From positions 1 through 34,556 of IMG/VR virus record IMGVR_UViG_3300045790_002272: DNA of 34,556 nt. One strand, given 5' to 3'. Every line of letters begins with the position of its first letter. Within the stretch, counting starts at the first letter, position 1. The DNA comes from a virus. A program made the translations under genes and the position numbers. The notes under the pieces were generated by a model. The model made no database searches. It saw only the letters and a program-made list of their open reading frames with translations, and was not told the origin of the DNA. This document shows positions 16,456 through 25,767 of this stretch, one piece after another.

Positions 16456-16475
16456 TAAGAAGCTATCTAAATGGA

Positions 16476-16500
16476 GGGGTGAGAAATCACCCCTTCTATT
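16476..16500 (+). terminator. Hairpin/terminator after the capsid gene
   Basis: GGGGTGA-gaaa-TCACCCC followed by TTCTATT (weak U tract). Confidence 0.5.
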
Positions 16501-16521
16501 GATAATAAAAATGGAAATATT

Positions 16522-16734
16522 ATGACAAGCCAAAAAAGTAAAACTACAGCAAAAGTCAAGGCACTTGTATTAGTTGATTGTGTTGTTTGCGGCGAGAAAT
16601 TTAAAAGCGGCGGTATAATCGAGGGCAGTAATGATGATTTGAAGGCGTATATCGGCGTAGAGCTAGACAGTAACGCAGCAGCGGTTAAATACGCATTAAG
16701 CCAAGGCGCTGAAGTAAAAAGCATCATCAAATGA
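16522..16734 (+). CDS. Hypothetical protein (70 aa)
   Basis: ORF between two hairpins. No family recognised. Confidence 0.4.
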   Translation: MTSQKSKTTAKVKALVLVDCVVCGEKFKSGGIIEGSNDDLKAYIGVELDSNAAAVKYALSQGAEVKSIIK

Positions 16735-16793
16735 TTGCACCCATTAAAGAGCCGCTTAATCGGGGCTTTTTTATTAAAAAAAGGTAGAAAAAC

Positions 16794-17270
16794 ATGTCAA
16801 ACATCACATTCAACATCGCTAAAGGTCGCATTGTCGAGCTTTATAAAAACGTAAAATCAAACAATCCGGCAAACTCAGCCTTTGTTGTTGTGCTACTAAA
16901 AGCAGCAGAAGCAGATGCCGTGTTAGAAGATTATGACACTTTATCAGCACTACTAACAGCGGGCGGCAATACAGAGGCCGACTTTACAAACTATGCCCGT
17001 AAAACACTAACCGATGCGGAAATAGCCGCTTTACCAGCGCCTAACGATACATCAGATGCCTACGAATTGACCTGGCCAGATTTGGTGTATTCATCAGCCG
17101 GTGGCGCAACTAATAACACCATGACCAAGCTTATTCTTTGTTACGACGACGACACCACCGCTGGTACCGATGCAGACATTGTGCCGCTTGGCGCGCTGGA
17201 CTATACGGGCACAACAGATGGGTCTGATATCACGTTACAATTTCCAGCCATTGCTTATTCAGCGAGTTAA
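16794..17270 (+). CDS. Hypothetical structural-region protein (158 aa)
   Basis: RBS AAAGG. No family recognised. Confidence 0.5.
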   Translation: MSNITFNIAKGRIVELYKNVKSNNPANSAFVVVLLKAAEADAVLEDYDTLSALLTAGGNTEADFTNYARKTLTDAEIAALPAPNDTSDAYELTWPDLVYSSAGGATNNTMTKLILCYDDDTTAGTDADIVPLGALDYTGTTDGSDITLQFPAIAYSAS

Positions 17271-17273
17271 GTC

Positions 17274-18833
17274 ATGCAAAAAATACTATTACTAACGCTT
17301 CTGCTATGCAGCTCGCATCTGTACGCGCAAAACTACTATGTGTGCGATACGGGCGACGACAATAACGCAGGCACTTCTATTGCTGCGCCGTTTAAAACAG
17401 CCTCTCGTGCTTTAGGTGTATTCAATTCTATGAACGGCGGTGATAGCGTTTTGTTTTGCAAAGGAGGCAAGTTTCCTGCACCTAATCGAAATACGCTCTT
17501 TAATCAAAAATGTAGCGCAAGCTCAGTGTGTACACTTGGTGCATATGGGCAAGGTAATAAGCCAGAAATATTTTCTACAGGCCAAACGGCGGCGCTTTAC
17601 TTTACAGACAGTGGCGACCCGTCCCCCAGCAAAGGCTATGTGGTTAAGGATTTAGCATTAGTCTCAGACAATACAACAATGTTTGGTATTGAGCTTTTTA
17701 ATGATGTTGATGATGTCACGATTGAAAATGTGCGCATTGAAGGGTTTGGTATAGGGGTCTATTCAGCAGGCGCTAATGCCGTTACCTCGTCAACTGTAAA
17801 CGGCACGAATGACAGACTTGTGTTACGAGACTCAACCATTATTAATAATTATGGACAGGGCTGGTTAGGTGGTGGTGTCGGTGTGCTGATTGAGAACAAT
17901 ATTTTTGAAAATAATGGGTTTGAAAAAGCAGTCTTTAACCATAATATTTATTTATCTGGGCATGAAAATAACCCAAGCTCAGACATTATTGTCCGTGGGA
18001 ACACGCTGTATAAATCTGCGTTTATCAACGGCAGTTGCCAAGGCGTCTCGTTGGTGGGGCATGGATTAATTAGTAATTTACTGATTGAAGATAACCTTAT
18101 TAAAGAAGATGAAGGCACCGCCGGGTTTGGTTGTTGGGGTATTGCCATAGACCCAGGGTATTCAATGCAAGAAGCCTTCACAGGTTTAACGATTAGAAAT
18201 AATAGAGTCGAAAACGTTGGCGGTTTAGCCATTGGTTGTGCCTCGTGTGTTGATGTAGTTGTAGAGGGCAACACGATACTTGACCCTTCAGGTTCTATAC
18301 GCTCTGGCGTTGCTATTCCTGATCGCGCAGAAGATTCTTTATTATCCGACAATGTGGTGATTAAAAATAACACAATGCTGTTAGGTCGCGTTGATGCGAC
18401 CGGGGTAAGGGCCTCTGGCGCTAATTTATTTACTGTTATTAATAACAGTATAGATCAAGTATCAAACAGTACAGAACCGTGCATTGATGGGTGGGCAGGG
18501 AACGCGAACTTAGACACATCGACAAATATTTGTACAAAAAACGGCGTATTGCCTACGCCAGTTGATGAACCCGTTGACGAACCAGTTGATGAACCCGTTG
18601 ACGAACCTATTGATGAACCTATTGATGAACCTGTTGGATGTGCTGATGTCTCAAAACAGCAGTTAGCTGGGCTATTAACGCAGCTAACAAATTTAATGAA
18701 TAACGCGGGTAATACAGTATCTGCAATGCGTTCAGTAACAGATTTGTATAGTAAAGATCAGGAAGTATTAAATGAGTTAGCGGCATTTAAAATGCTGTTA
18801 CAAGGCAAAAAACTTTGCAGTGAGGCAAACTAA
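17274..18833 (+). CDS. Secreted right-handed beta-helix (pectate-lyase-fold) protein
   Basis: Sec signal MQKILLLTLLLCSSHLYA|QN. Repeated xNNxI/V motifs (IENNIFENN, IEDNLI, IRNNRVENV, VEGNTI, IKNNTM, INNSI). (VDEP)n linker. Confidence 0.65.
   Translation: MQKILLLTLLLCSSHLYAQNYYVCDTGDDNNAGTSIAAPFKTASRALGVFNSMNGGDSVLFCKGGKFPAPNRNTLFNQKCSASSVCTLGAYGQGNKPEIFSTGQTAALYFTDSGDPSPSKGYVVKDLALVSDNTTMFGIELFNDVDDVTIENVRIEGFGIGVYSAGANAVTSSTVNGTNDRLVLRDSTIINNYGQGWLGGGVGVLIENNIFENNGFEKAVFNHNIYLSGHENNPSSDIIVRGNTLYKSAFINGSCQGVSLVGHGLISNLLIEDNLIKEDEGTAGFGCWGIAIDPGYSMQEAFTGLTIRNNRVENVGGLAIGCASCVDVVVEGNTILDPSGSIRSGVAIPDRAEDSLLSDNVVIKNNTMLLGRVDATGVRASGANLFTVINNSIDQVSNSTEPCIDGWAGNANLDTSTNICTKNGVLPTPVDEPVDEPVDEPVDEPIDEPIDEPVGCADVSKQQLAGLLTQLTNLMNNAGNTVSAMRSVTDLYSKDQEVLNELAAFKMLLQGKKLCSEAN
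18558..18635 (+). repeat. 12-bp tandem repeat encoding (P-V/I-D-E)x6-7
   Basis: ccagttgatgaa/cccgttgacgaa units, in frame within 17274-18833. Confidence 0.85.
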
Positions 18834-19261
18834 TGGCTGGCGATACAATTAATGTAGAAGGCGCTTGGGCAACGCTGCAAGCAGCCGCGAGCACAGCAAA
18901 CGGCGCGATGTCGGCTGGCGCTAGAACGGATATAGTGACAGCGCTTGGCGCGACAGAAGCGGCTTACCCGTTGATTGATTTTAAAGTTAGCGTGAGTGTT
19001 GGTACGCCCACATTAAACGGCAAGGTTCATATTTTTAGGCGCTCTAAAGCAGACACTGACGAAAGCCCTGCGCCAACCTCTGCTTACTTGTCTGAGCGTG
19101 TTGCGAGCATAAAAATGAGTAGCACAGCGTCAAGTCATTATTATGCTTACGGTATACCGAATTTTGACAAAAACGCAACGTACTACATTCAAAACAGCGA
19201 TGGCGCTAATACGCTAACACTAGCGCTAAAAGCAAGAGCGCGGTCATATAACACTAACTAA
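18833..19261 (+). CDS. Hypothetical protein (142 aa)
   Basis: TAATG overlaps at both ends (translational coupling). Confidence 0.5.
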   Translation: MAGDTINVEGAWATLQAAASTANGAMSAGARTDIVTALGATEAAYPLIDFKVSVSVGTPTLNGKVHIFRRSKADTDESPAPTSAYLSERVASIKMSSTASSHYYAYGIPNFDKNATYYIQNSDGANTLTLALKARARSYNTN

Positions 19262-20799
19262 TGTCGATTATACTACCGAATAGCCGATTCCAAGCCCCTG
19301 AGTTATTCGACGGCACTAAAAAGCCTGCCGTTAATGTACAAATTGATTGGTCGAATCCGGTCACAGAGGGTTTAGTCGGCTTTTGGATATTTCAAAACGG
19401 CCTAGCTATCAATTTAGTTGATGGCACTATTGTTAGCGATACAGCTGGCATGACCGAGGCAGATGCTGAAACAATCGCGTGGGATGATGCGGCCTCAACT
19501 AATGCGGCGTTTACATTACAAAGCGGATTCGATTTTACAAGCAATGCGACGGTTATCGCGCGCGTTAAAAAAATAGGCACGGAAGGCTGGCCTATTCTAT
19601 TCAGTATGGGCAGTAATCCCGCCGCGACAGATGATTTTGTCGGCATGGGCTACTGGGACACGGGCCCCAATCTTAGAACGTTTTATGCATCATCCTCACG
19701 TGTTATTAGTAAGTCTGTGAACCGAGGGGTTTATCTTACGGGCGCTTTAACGGCGGACGTTGCTGCAAATGAAATAAAAGCTTATGTGGATGGGCAGTAC
19801 AGGGTAACTGACTCAATCAGCTCAAAAGGGTTAGATCTTACGAAGATTGATAACATCACGCTCTTTGGTCAAGGTACAACAGTTGTAGAGCCGCTAGGAT
19901 TGTTTGAAGGTGACTACGTTATTGCGTTTGAGTCTACTAAAACGGCTGAAGAGGTAGCATCACTTTATGATTCGCCGTATCAGTTTTTAATACCTGAGGT
20001 TGGGGCGTCGCTTATATCGCTTGGTCATCTGCAAAGTGCTGATGGGCTTGGTTCCTTTGCCGATACAAGTAGCTGGCAGCCGTTAACTTCCGTTAAGTTG
20101 TCGGGGTTAGTAACGCTTGGCAGTGTTGACAGTTTTAATGACTTGTCGATTAGTAAAACAGTTCAATTAGGCAGTTTTGCAGAAGCATCAACATTTAGTG
20201 CGCTAAACAGCAGTAAAGTTATACAGCTGGGTTCATTTAGTGAATTAAGTGCATTTGGTTCTATCACTAGCACGCAAGGCGTTCAGCTAGGTGCGCTATC
20301 TGAATCATCAGCGTTTGGCAGCTTAAATGCTGGCAAAGTGTTGCAGCTTGGCTCGTTTGGCGAGTTAACTACGTTTAATGCGATAACCTCTGGCAGTGCG
20401 GTAACGCTGGGTGCATTGGCTGATGCGGGCGCATTTGGTGGCATAACTAGCACTAAAACAGCGGTGCTTAATCCCTTTAACGATGCATCGGCGTTTACTG
20501 CATTAAGCAGCAGTAAAGCAACTCAGCTGGGTGCCTTTGGTGAGTTAAGTGTTTTTAATGCGGTAACCCAGGGTAATTTTGTAACGCTTGGTGCATTTGG
20601 CGAGGCCAGCAGTTTTGCAAACATTGCCACAGCTAAAGCGTTTAATCTTACCGGGTTTAGCACGACTGATTTATTCGGCGCTATTAATGCCAGCGGTGGC
20701 GCTCAAGTAATAGGTGGTCACCGTGCAACTGTGCAGCAATCACTTAATAGCAGCGTCATTACTCAATCGAATAGCAAAGCAACGATAACGCTTCAATAA
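19261..20799 (+). CDS. LamG/ConA-like N-domain protein with a C-terminal 20-aa repeat array
   Basis: N-terminus LVGFWIFQNG...DGT.. is LamG-like. aa 261-480 are 10-11 units of xxLGxFxExSxFxxIxSxxx. Confidence 0.55.
   Translation: MSIILPNSRFQAPELFDGTKKPAVNVQIDWSNPVTEGLVGFWIFQNGLAINLVDGTIVSDTAGMTEADAETIAWDDAASTNAAFTLQSGFDFTSNATVIARVKKIGTEGWPILFSMGSNPAATDDFVGMGYWDTGPNLRTFYASSSRVISKSVNRGVYLTGALTADVAANEIKAYVDGQYRVTDSISSKGLDLTKIDNITLFGQGTTVVEPLGLFEGDYVIAFESTKTAEEVASLYDSPYQFLIPEVGASLISLGHLQSADGLGSFADTSSWQPLTSVKLSGLVTLGSVDSFNDLSISKTVQLGSFAEASTFSALNSSKVIQLGSFSELSAFGSITSTQGVQLGALSESSAFGSLNAGKVLQLGSFGELTTFNAITSGSAVTLGALADAGAFGGITSTKTAVLNPFNDASAFTALSSSKATQLGAFGELSVFNAVTQGNFVTLGAFGEASSFANIATAKAFNLTGFSTTDLFGAINASGGAQVIGGHRATVQQSLNSSVITQSNSKATITLQ
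20041..20700 (+). repeat. 60-bp (20-aa) tandem repeats, about 11 copies, diverged
   Basis: Exact 20-residue periodicity counted from the translated ORF (VQLGSFAEASTFSALNSSKV / IQLGSFSELSAFGSITSTQG ...). Confidence 0.8.
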
Positions 20800-20812
20800 C
20801 AAAAGGCACACA

Positions 20813-21103
20813 ATGACTCAAGCATACGACATTGGCGATAAGCCAAGGCTATCGGTCGCGTTTTCTAATTATCAAAATACGGCGACAGACCCCACAGCAA
20901 TAACATTTTTTTGCATAGAACCAGATGGCGTTAGCGTTAGTTATGTATACGCAACAGATAGTGAGCTAGTCAAAGATAGTGTTGGCAATTACCACGTTGA
21001 ATATTCAATTACAAAACAAGGCAGGCATACGTTTAAATTTGTTGGCACGGGTACTGTTGAATCGACTGAGCAATCAGAATTTTACGCGAGGGCGAATGGA
21101 TGA
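20813..21103 (+). CDS. Hypothetical protein (96 aa)
   Basis: ORF preceding the connector gene. No family recognised. Confidence 0.5.
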   Translation: MTQAYDIGDKPRLSVAFSNYQNTATDPTAITFFCIEPDGVSVSYVYATDSELVKDSVGNYHVEYSITKQGRHTFKFVGTGTVESTEQSEFYARANG

Positions 21104-21672
21104 ATAATTACGTAATCACCAAGCCGTCAAGAGAGCCGGTAACGCTTCAGCAAGCAAAAGATCACTTAAATATTGATGATGATTTCATTGATGATGACTC
21201 AATTATTGAGCTAATTATTCAGACAGCGCGTGAAGCGGTTGAAAATAAAACAGGCCGCAAACTCATTACAACAACAATGGGCCATCAACGCGATTGTTTT
21301 AACTCGGTTATGGAGCTGCCGCATACCGTTCAATCAGTCACAGAAATTACTTACGTAGATACCGATGGTGCAACACAAATACTTGCTAACACAGAATACG
21401 AGGTAGACGTGAATAGAACGCCTGGGCGAGTAATGCTGGCATACGATAAAACGTACCCGTCTACACGCAATAAATCAAACGCAGTGACTATTAAATATGC
21501 AACAGGCTTTGGCAGTAACGCGCAAGACGTGCCCAGCGCATTACAACACGCCATGCTATTGCTGATAGGTCATTATTATGAGAACAGAGAAGCGACAGCG
21601 CCTATCAACATAAACACAATACCGATGTCAGTTGAGTTCTTGCTAAACCCATACCGAATTTATAGTTTCTAA
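21100..21672 (+). CDS. Head-tail connector (gp6-like)
   Basis: LQQAKDHLNIDDDFIDDDSIIELIIQTAREAVENKTGRKL is typical of gp6-like connector proteins. Confidence 0.7.
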   Translation: MNNYVITKPSREPVTLQQAKDHLNIDDDFIDDDSIIELIIQTAREAVENKTGRKLITTTMGHQRDCFNSVMELPHTVQSVTEITYVDTDGATQILANTEYEVDVNRTPGRVMLAYDKTYPSTRNKSNAVTIKYATGFGSNAQDVPSALQHAMLLLIGHYYENREATAPININTIPMSVEFLLNPYRIYSF

Positions 21673-21989
21673 TGCGCGCTGGCAGATTAAGACACAAAGT
21701 AGAAATTCAGCAGGCCACTGAATCGCAAGATAGCACGGGCGCTATTGTTGAAACATGGGCAACATTTCTTACTTTGCGCGCCAGTTACGAGCCAAAAACA
21801 GCAAAAGAAAGCTATCAATCTAGTCAAGAATTTGCTCAATCTAGCGCTATGTTTAGAACACGCTATAGATCGGGAGTAACTACTAAAATGCGCTTATTAT
21901 TCGATAACAGACTATTTGATATTGAAGGCGTTGTTGATATGTACGGACGGGGACGAGAAATGCAAATATTGTGTACTGAAAATGTCTGA
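21672..21989 (+). CDS. Head-tail adaptor / head closure protein
   Basis: MRAGRLRHKVEIQQ...D.TGAIVETW...RTRYRSGV... matches the SPP1 gp16-like pattern. Confidence 0.7.
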   Translation: MRAGRLRHKVEIQQATESQDSTGAIVETWATFLTLRASYEPKTAKESYQSSQEFAQSSAMFRTRYRSGVTTKMRLLFDNRLFDIEGVVDMYGRGREMQILCTENV

Positions 21990-22440
21990 TGATGTGTTGG
22001 CGGGGTTAAAAGAACTGAACGCAAAGCTATTAAAAATAGACGCAAAGCTGGCTAAAAAAACACTTAAAAGCGCCATGATGTACGCAACAGGCCCTACAGT
22101 TAAAGAAATAAAGTTAGCGGCACCGCGTGGCAGAGAGGCGCATAAAACGTATAAAGGCAGGCTAGTTGCACCGGGGTTTTTAAGCCGCTCAATTGTAAGG
22201 CGTGGCGCACTAGGCAAAAACGCCTATGAGTTAAAGATAGGCGCAAAAGGCGAAGCGTTTTATGGCTTGTCTTTTTTAGACAAAGGTATTACCGTTACAT
22301 CACGCAAGGGTAAAAAAATAAAACCCTACACTATTAAAGCAGACAATTGGTTTAAGTCACGTTTTGAAAAAGATCAGCATAAAATAGTGGCACGCTTTAG
22401 AAGTAAATTACAACAACGAGTAGAGGAAGCTACCCGATGA
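21982..22440 (+). CDS. HK97 gp10-like tail-completion protein (start trimmed)
   Basis: ATG 21982 overlaps the upstream stop. Position and size fit the gp10 family. Confidence 0.55.
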   Translation: MSDDVLAGLKELNAKLLKIDAKLAKKTLKSAMMYATGPTVKEIKLAAPRGREAHKTYKGRLVAPGFLSRSIVRRGALGKNAYELKIGAKGEAFYGLSFLDKGITVTSRKGKKIKPYTIKADNWFKSRFEKDQHKIVARFRSKLQQRVEEATR

Positions 22441-22820
22441 TTCAAGATGCCATTTACTCGATACTGGTTAATGATTCTGGGGTTAACAGCCTTGTTTCTA
22501 CGCGCGTTTATCCGTTATCCGTTCCGCAACATGGCGTTATGCCGTGTATTTCGTATTCGCTTAACGACTACGAAGATGATGAAACATTCGACGGCCAAAG
22601 CGGGTTAAGCCGAAAAGAGCTTCAAATTGATTGCTGGGCCAGTGATTATATGGGCACGCTAACACTCGCAGCGGCAGTTAAAGCGGCATTGCAAAATTAT
22701 ACTGGCACGTTAAATGGCGTAACTATTCAGCGCTTAGTAATTGATACGGCCGTATCAGTCTTTGAAGAAAACGTAGATTTATACAGAACATCGCAAAGCT
22801 ATACCCTTAATGCCAGCTAA
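22437..22820 (+). CDS. DUF3168-like tail terminator protein
   Basis: MIQDAIYSILVNDSGVNSLVSTRVYP... is a typical DUF3168 N-terminus. Gene order agrees. Confidence 0.6.
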   Translation: MIQDAIYSILVNDSGVNSLVSTRVYPLSVPQHGVMPCISYSLNDYEDDETFDGQSGLSRKELQIDCWASDYMGTLTLAAAVKAALQNYTGTLNGVTIQRLVIDTAVSVFEENVDLYRTSQSYTLNAS

Positions 22821-22845
22821 ATAAACAATTAAAGCCACCCTAACG

Positions 22846-22892
22846 CCCGCTTATGCGGGTTTTTTTATGCCTGCTTCATGCAGGTTTTTTTA
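22846..22892 (+). terminator. Two tandem intrinsic terminators upstream of the major tail gene
   Basis: CCCGC-ttat-GCGGG plus T7, then CCTGC-ttcat-GCAGG plus T7. Each is followed by ATGCCTG. Confidence 0.7.
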
Positions 22893-22926
22893 TGCCTGTT
22901 TTTAGGCAAAACAACGGAGAAATATA

Positions 22927-23343
22927 ATGTCTAACGCATTTTTAAACGGCGTCACAATCAAGCGCGGCGATGGTGCCGGAACAGAAGTTTTTACCCTATT
23001 CCCAGAAGTGACCAGTATGTCGGGCTTGGGTAAAACTAATCCATTGGTAGAAGTCACCAATTTTGACTCAACAGCAAAAGAATATATTGCAGGTTTAGCA
23101 GACGGCACAGAAGTCACGCTAGAAGCCAACTATTTGCCAGCAGATACCCAGCAGCAAGGCTTAATAGCCGATGTAGATGCAGGGCTTAACCGCAACTTTG
23201 AGATATTGATTACAGATGGCACGACTCCTAAGACTTATGCGGTTACTTTTACCTGTTTATCTTGGGTTATTAATCCGTCTTATGACGATAAAAACACCAT
23301 TTCTTTCACACTTAAAATATCTGGCGACATCGTCGTATCGTAA
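22927..23343 (+). CDS. Major tail (tube) protein
   Basis: 138 aa, TP901-1-like tail tube pattern. Strong RBS GGAG. Precedes the chaperone pair. Confidence 0.75.
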   Translation: MSNAFLNGVTIKRGDGAGTEVFTLFPEVTSMSGLGKTNPLVEVTNFDSTAKEYIAGLADGTEVTLEANYLPADTQQQGLIADVDAGLNRNFEILITDGTTPKTYAVTFTCLSWVINPSYDDKNTISFTLKISGDIVVS

Positions 23344-23636
23344 TGGATAAATCTAAATTATTAACGGGGTACAAGCCTGCCAAAACTGATTTTGCAATGC
23401 CAGATGGCGAGGTACTTATATTAAACGGCTTAACAGTATCCCAGCGCGGCAAAATGTCCGAAGCGGTGCGTAATGATGCCGTGCGTGGTCAGGCGTTAGT
23501 TGTGTGTATGAGCGCCGATATTCTGGATGAATCAGACATTGACTTGGTGCTAGAAATGGACGGCAAGCTAGTCAGCTCAATATCAGACAAAATTTTAGAA
23601 ATTAGCGGGTTAGGTGGTGCAGTAAAAAACTCATAA
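23343..23636 (+). CDS. Tail assembly chaperone (gpG-like)
   Basis: Position between the tube and tape-measure genes. Ends 4 nt after the slippery heptamer. Confidence 0.7.
   Translation: MDKSKLLTGYKPAKTDFAMPDGEVLILNGLTVSQRGKMSEAVRNDAVRGQALVVCMSADILDESDIDLVLEMDGKLVSSISDKILEISGLGGAVKNS
23624..23630 (+). promoter_or_regulatory. Slippery heptamer A_AAA_AAC for a -1 programmed frameshift (G to G-T)
   Basis: Zero frame reads GTA AAA AAC TCA TAA. The -1 frame reads ..AAA AAA CTC ATA AAC CGA CCA GAG CAA GTG TTT AAG, continuous with ORF 23651-23956. Confidence 0.75.
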
Positions 23637-23650
23637 ACCGACCAGAGCAA

Positions 23651-23956
23651 GTGTTTAAGCACCGTTTAGCGCTTGCTTTAGGTCGTACTATTCAGGAACT
23701 AGATAACGGCATGAGTAGCGCCGAGTTTAGCGACTGGATAGAGTTTTACAGCATGCACCCATTCGGCAGTGAGCGCGACAACCTGCACGCCGCCATGTTA
23801 GCCGCATTAATTAGCAACAGTAATCGCGCTAAAGGTAAGCCACCAGCGGAAGTTAACGATTTTATGATTATGTCTCAGCAACAACGCAAAGATAACGAAA
23901 CACAACAATTCTTAGCAGCTATTCAGGCCGTTGCTGTTAAAAAAGAGGATAAATAA
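23651..23956 (+). CDS. gpT-like extension, probably expressed only as a G-T fusion (23343..23956 via -1 frameshift)
   Basis: No ATG/RBS of its own (GTG). It is in the -1 frame relative to G. EFSDWIEFYSMHPFG... matches the tail-assembly-T-like pattern. Confidence 0.65.
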   Translation: MFKHRLALALGRTIQELDNGMSSAEFSDWIEFYSMHPFGSERDNLHAAMLAALISNSNRAKGKPPAEVNDFMIMSQQQRKDNETQQFLAAIQAVAVKKEDK

Positions 23957-25767
23957 TGTCCACAGCTATATCTAAATTAGTCGTTCAGATGGATGCGGAA
24001 AACGCAAAACTGCACCGCAAATTAGAGCAAAGCCAAAATAAATTAAAGAGCTTCAGTAAATCGACTAATCAGTCGATGAAGGCGCTAAAAGACTTTGGCA
24101 AAATTGGCGCAACCGCAGTCACCGGCGTGGTGGCAGCGGTTGGGTATATGAGTAAAGGCCTGCTCGAAACGGCCGATAGGGTGGGTAAGCTGAATATTGC
24201 AACGGGCATTAGTACAGAAGCGTTAAGCCAGTACGCATTCGCGGCCGAGTTAACCGGCAGTAATTTTGAATCGTTGGTAAAAGGATTCACTAAGCTACAG
24301 CGATCAATGCAAGATAGCTCAGATGGCTTAAGCACGCAAACACGCGCGTTTGATCAGCTAGGTGTGGTGGTTACTGACAATAACGGTCAATTAAAAGACA
24401 CCGATGAAGTCATTGGCGATGTGGCCGATGCGTTTAAGAACATGGAAGATGGCGCTAAAAAAGGCGCGTTAGCTCAAATTATATTTGGACGTGCTGGGCG
24501 GGACATGATTCCGTTTTTAAACCAAGGGCGCGATGGCATTGCTGACATGCGAAAAGAAGCCGACGCGCTAGGTATCACCATGTCGGGCGGTTTAACGAAA
24601 GCCGCTGAAGATACTAATGATAATTTACACCGATTAAGCACCGCTTTTCAGGGTGTATTATTAAAGGTTCTTACTCCATTATTGCCTAAAATTGTTGACA
24701 CAACAAAAGCAATGGTCGAGTGGGCCAAGGAAGGCGATAACGTATCAAAGGCAGTTGAGGGGATTACCAACTTTGGCAAAGGGTTGTTAACGACGTTTTA
24801 TCTTGTTAAAGGCGTATTAACTGCCGTTGCATTAGCTGGCGCAAGTTTGGCAGCTGGTATCGCAGCAGCAGTGCGGGGTGACTTCTCGCAAGCAATGGAT
24901 ATCATCCAAATGGGCGCGGAAGATTCCGACAAGGCGTGGTCAGATGCTACCGATAATGTTGGCAAGTTATGGGAGAAAGCAGCCAAGGACGTTAAATCTC
25001 AATCCGTTGAAACGGGTAAAAAATTAGCGTCGCCAGTGATTGAAGCGGCGGATGTTGCGCAGTCAGCAGAAGAAAGTATGACTGCCACTATGGATAAAAT
25101 ACGCGATAAATTTGCAGCCGGTGTAAAAAGCGCACAGAAATTTGCCGAAGAAATAAACAAAGATTTTGCCGACCGTTCGCAGAAGCTACAACAAGGCGAT
25201 GATGATAACGCCGGTGGTAATGTGCTTGATGTATCGCTATTAGAACTGCAAGCCAAAACATTATTAAAAAACGGTGACATTGAAGGCGCAGCAGATAAAG
25301 CTCGGCAAGCCTTTGATGTGCTTCAGCAGATTAAAGACGCGGGTACAGAATCTAATTTAGTATTGGAAGGTATGGCCGCAAAACTGCGAGCGGTTGGAGA
25401 GGAAATAGGCAACGAAAAACTAGCCACCGTAGGCGCTGAAATACAGTTCGACTTAGAAGCTGCTAAGGAGCAAGCAAAGCAAGTTAACGACATGATGCAG
25501 GCGTATATAACGGCTAACCCGCTAATTCAAAAAATAGTGCTAGATCAAGACGGTCAGGCGAGTGCCTTGGGCGCAGCCGATGGCGCTGGTGCAAATACTG
25601 ACATTACGCCAAATGTTGACAGTAAAGACCAGCGTCAAACAGATTTAACGCCCGTAAACATCACTATGCCAGATGGCAACGTGGTGCCCATGTACGCAGA
25701 CCCAGGCGTTGCCGAGCGAACACAACGCGATATAGCGTTAGAAGCACTGAAGAGAGGTAGACGTTGA
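23956..25767 (+). CDS. Tape measure protein
   Basis: 603 aa, helical and Ala/Gly-rich with a hydrophobic central segment. Lies after G/G-T. Confidence 0.85.
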   Translation: MSTAISKLVVQMDAENAKLHRKLEQSQNKLKSFSKSTNQSMKALKDFGKIGATAVTGVVAAVGYMSKGLLETADRVGKLNIATGISTEALSQYAFAAELTGSNFESLVKGFTKLQRSMQDSSDGLSTQTRAFDQLGVVVTDNNGQLKDTDEVIGDVADAFKNMEDGAKKGALAQIIFGRAGRDMIPFLNQGRDGIADMRKEADALGITMSGGLTKAAEDTNDNLHRLSTAFQGVLLKVLTPLLPKIVDTTKAMVEWAKEGDNVSKAVEGITNFGKGLLTTFYLVKGVLTAVALAGASLAAGIAAAVRGDFSQAMDIIQMGAEDSDKAWSDATDNVGKLWEKAAKDVKSQSVETGKKLASPVIEAADVAQSAEESMTATMDKIRDKFAAGVKSAQKFAEEINKDFADRSQKLQQGDDDNAGGNVLDVSLLELQAKTLLKNGDIEGAADKARQAFDVLQQIKDAGTESNLVLEGMAAKLRAVGEEIGNEKLATVGAEIQFDLEAAKEQAKQVNDMMQAYITANPLIQKIVLDQDGQASALGAADGAGANTDITPNVDSKDQRQTDLTPVNITMPDGNVVPMYADPGVAERTQRDIALEALKRGRR

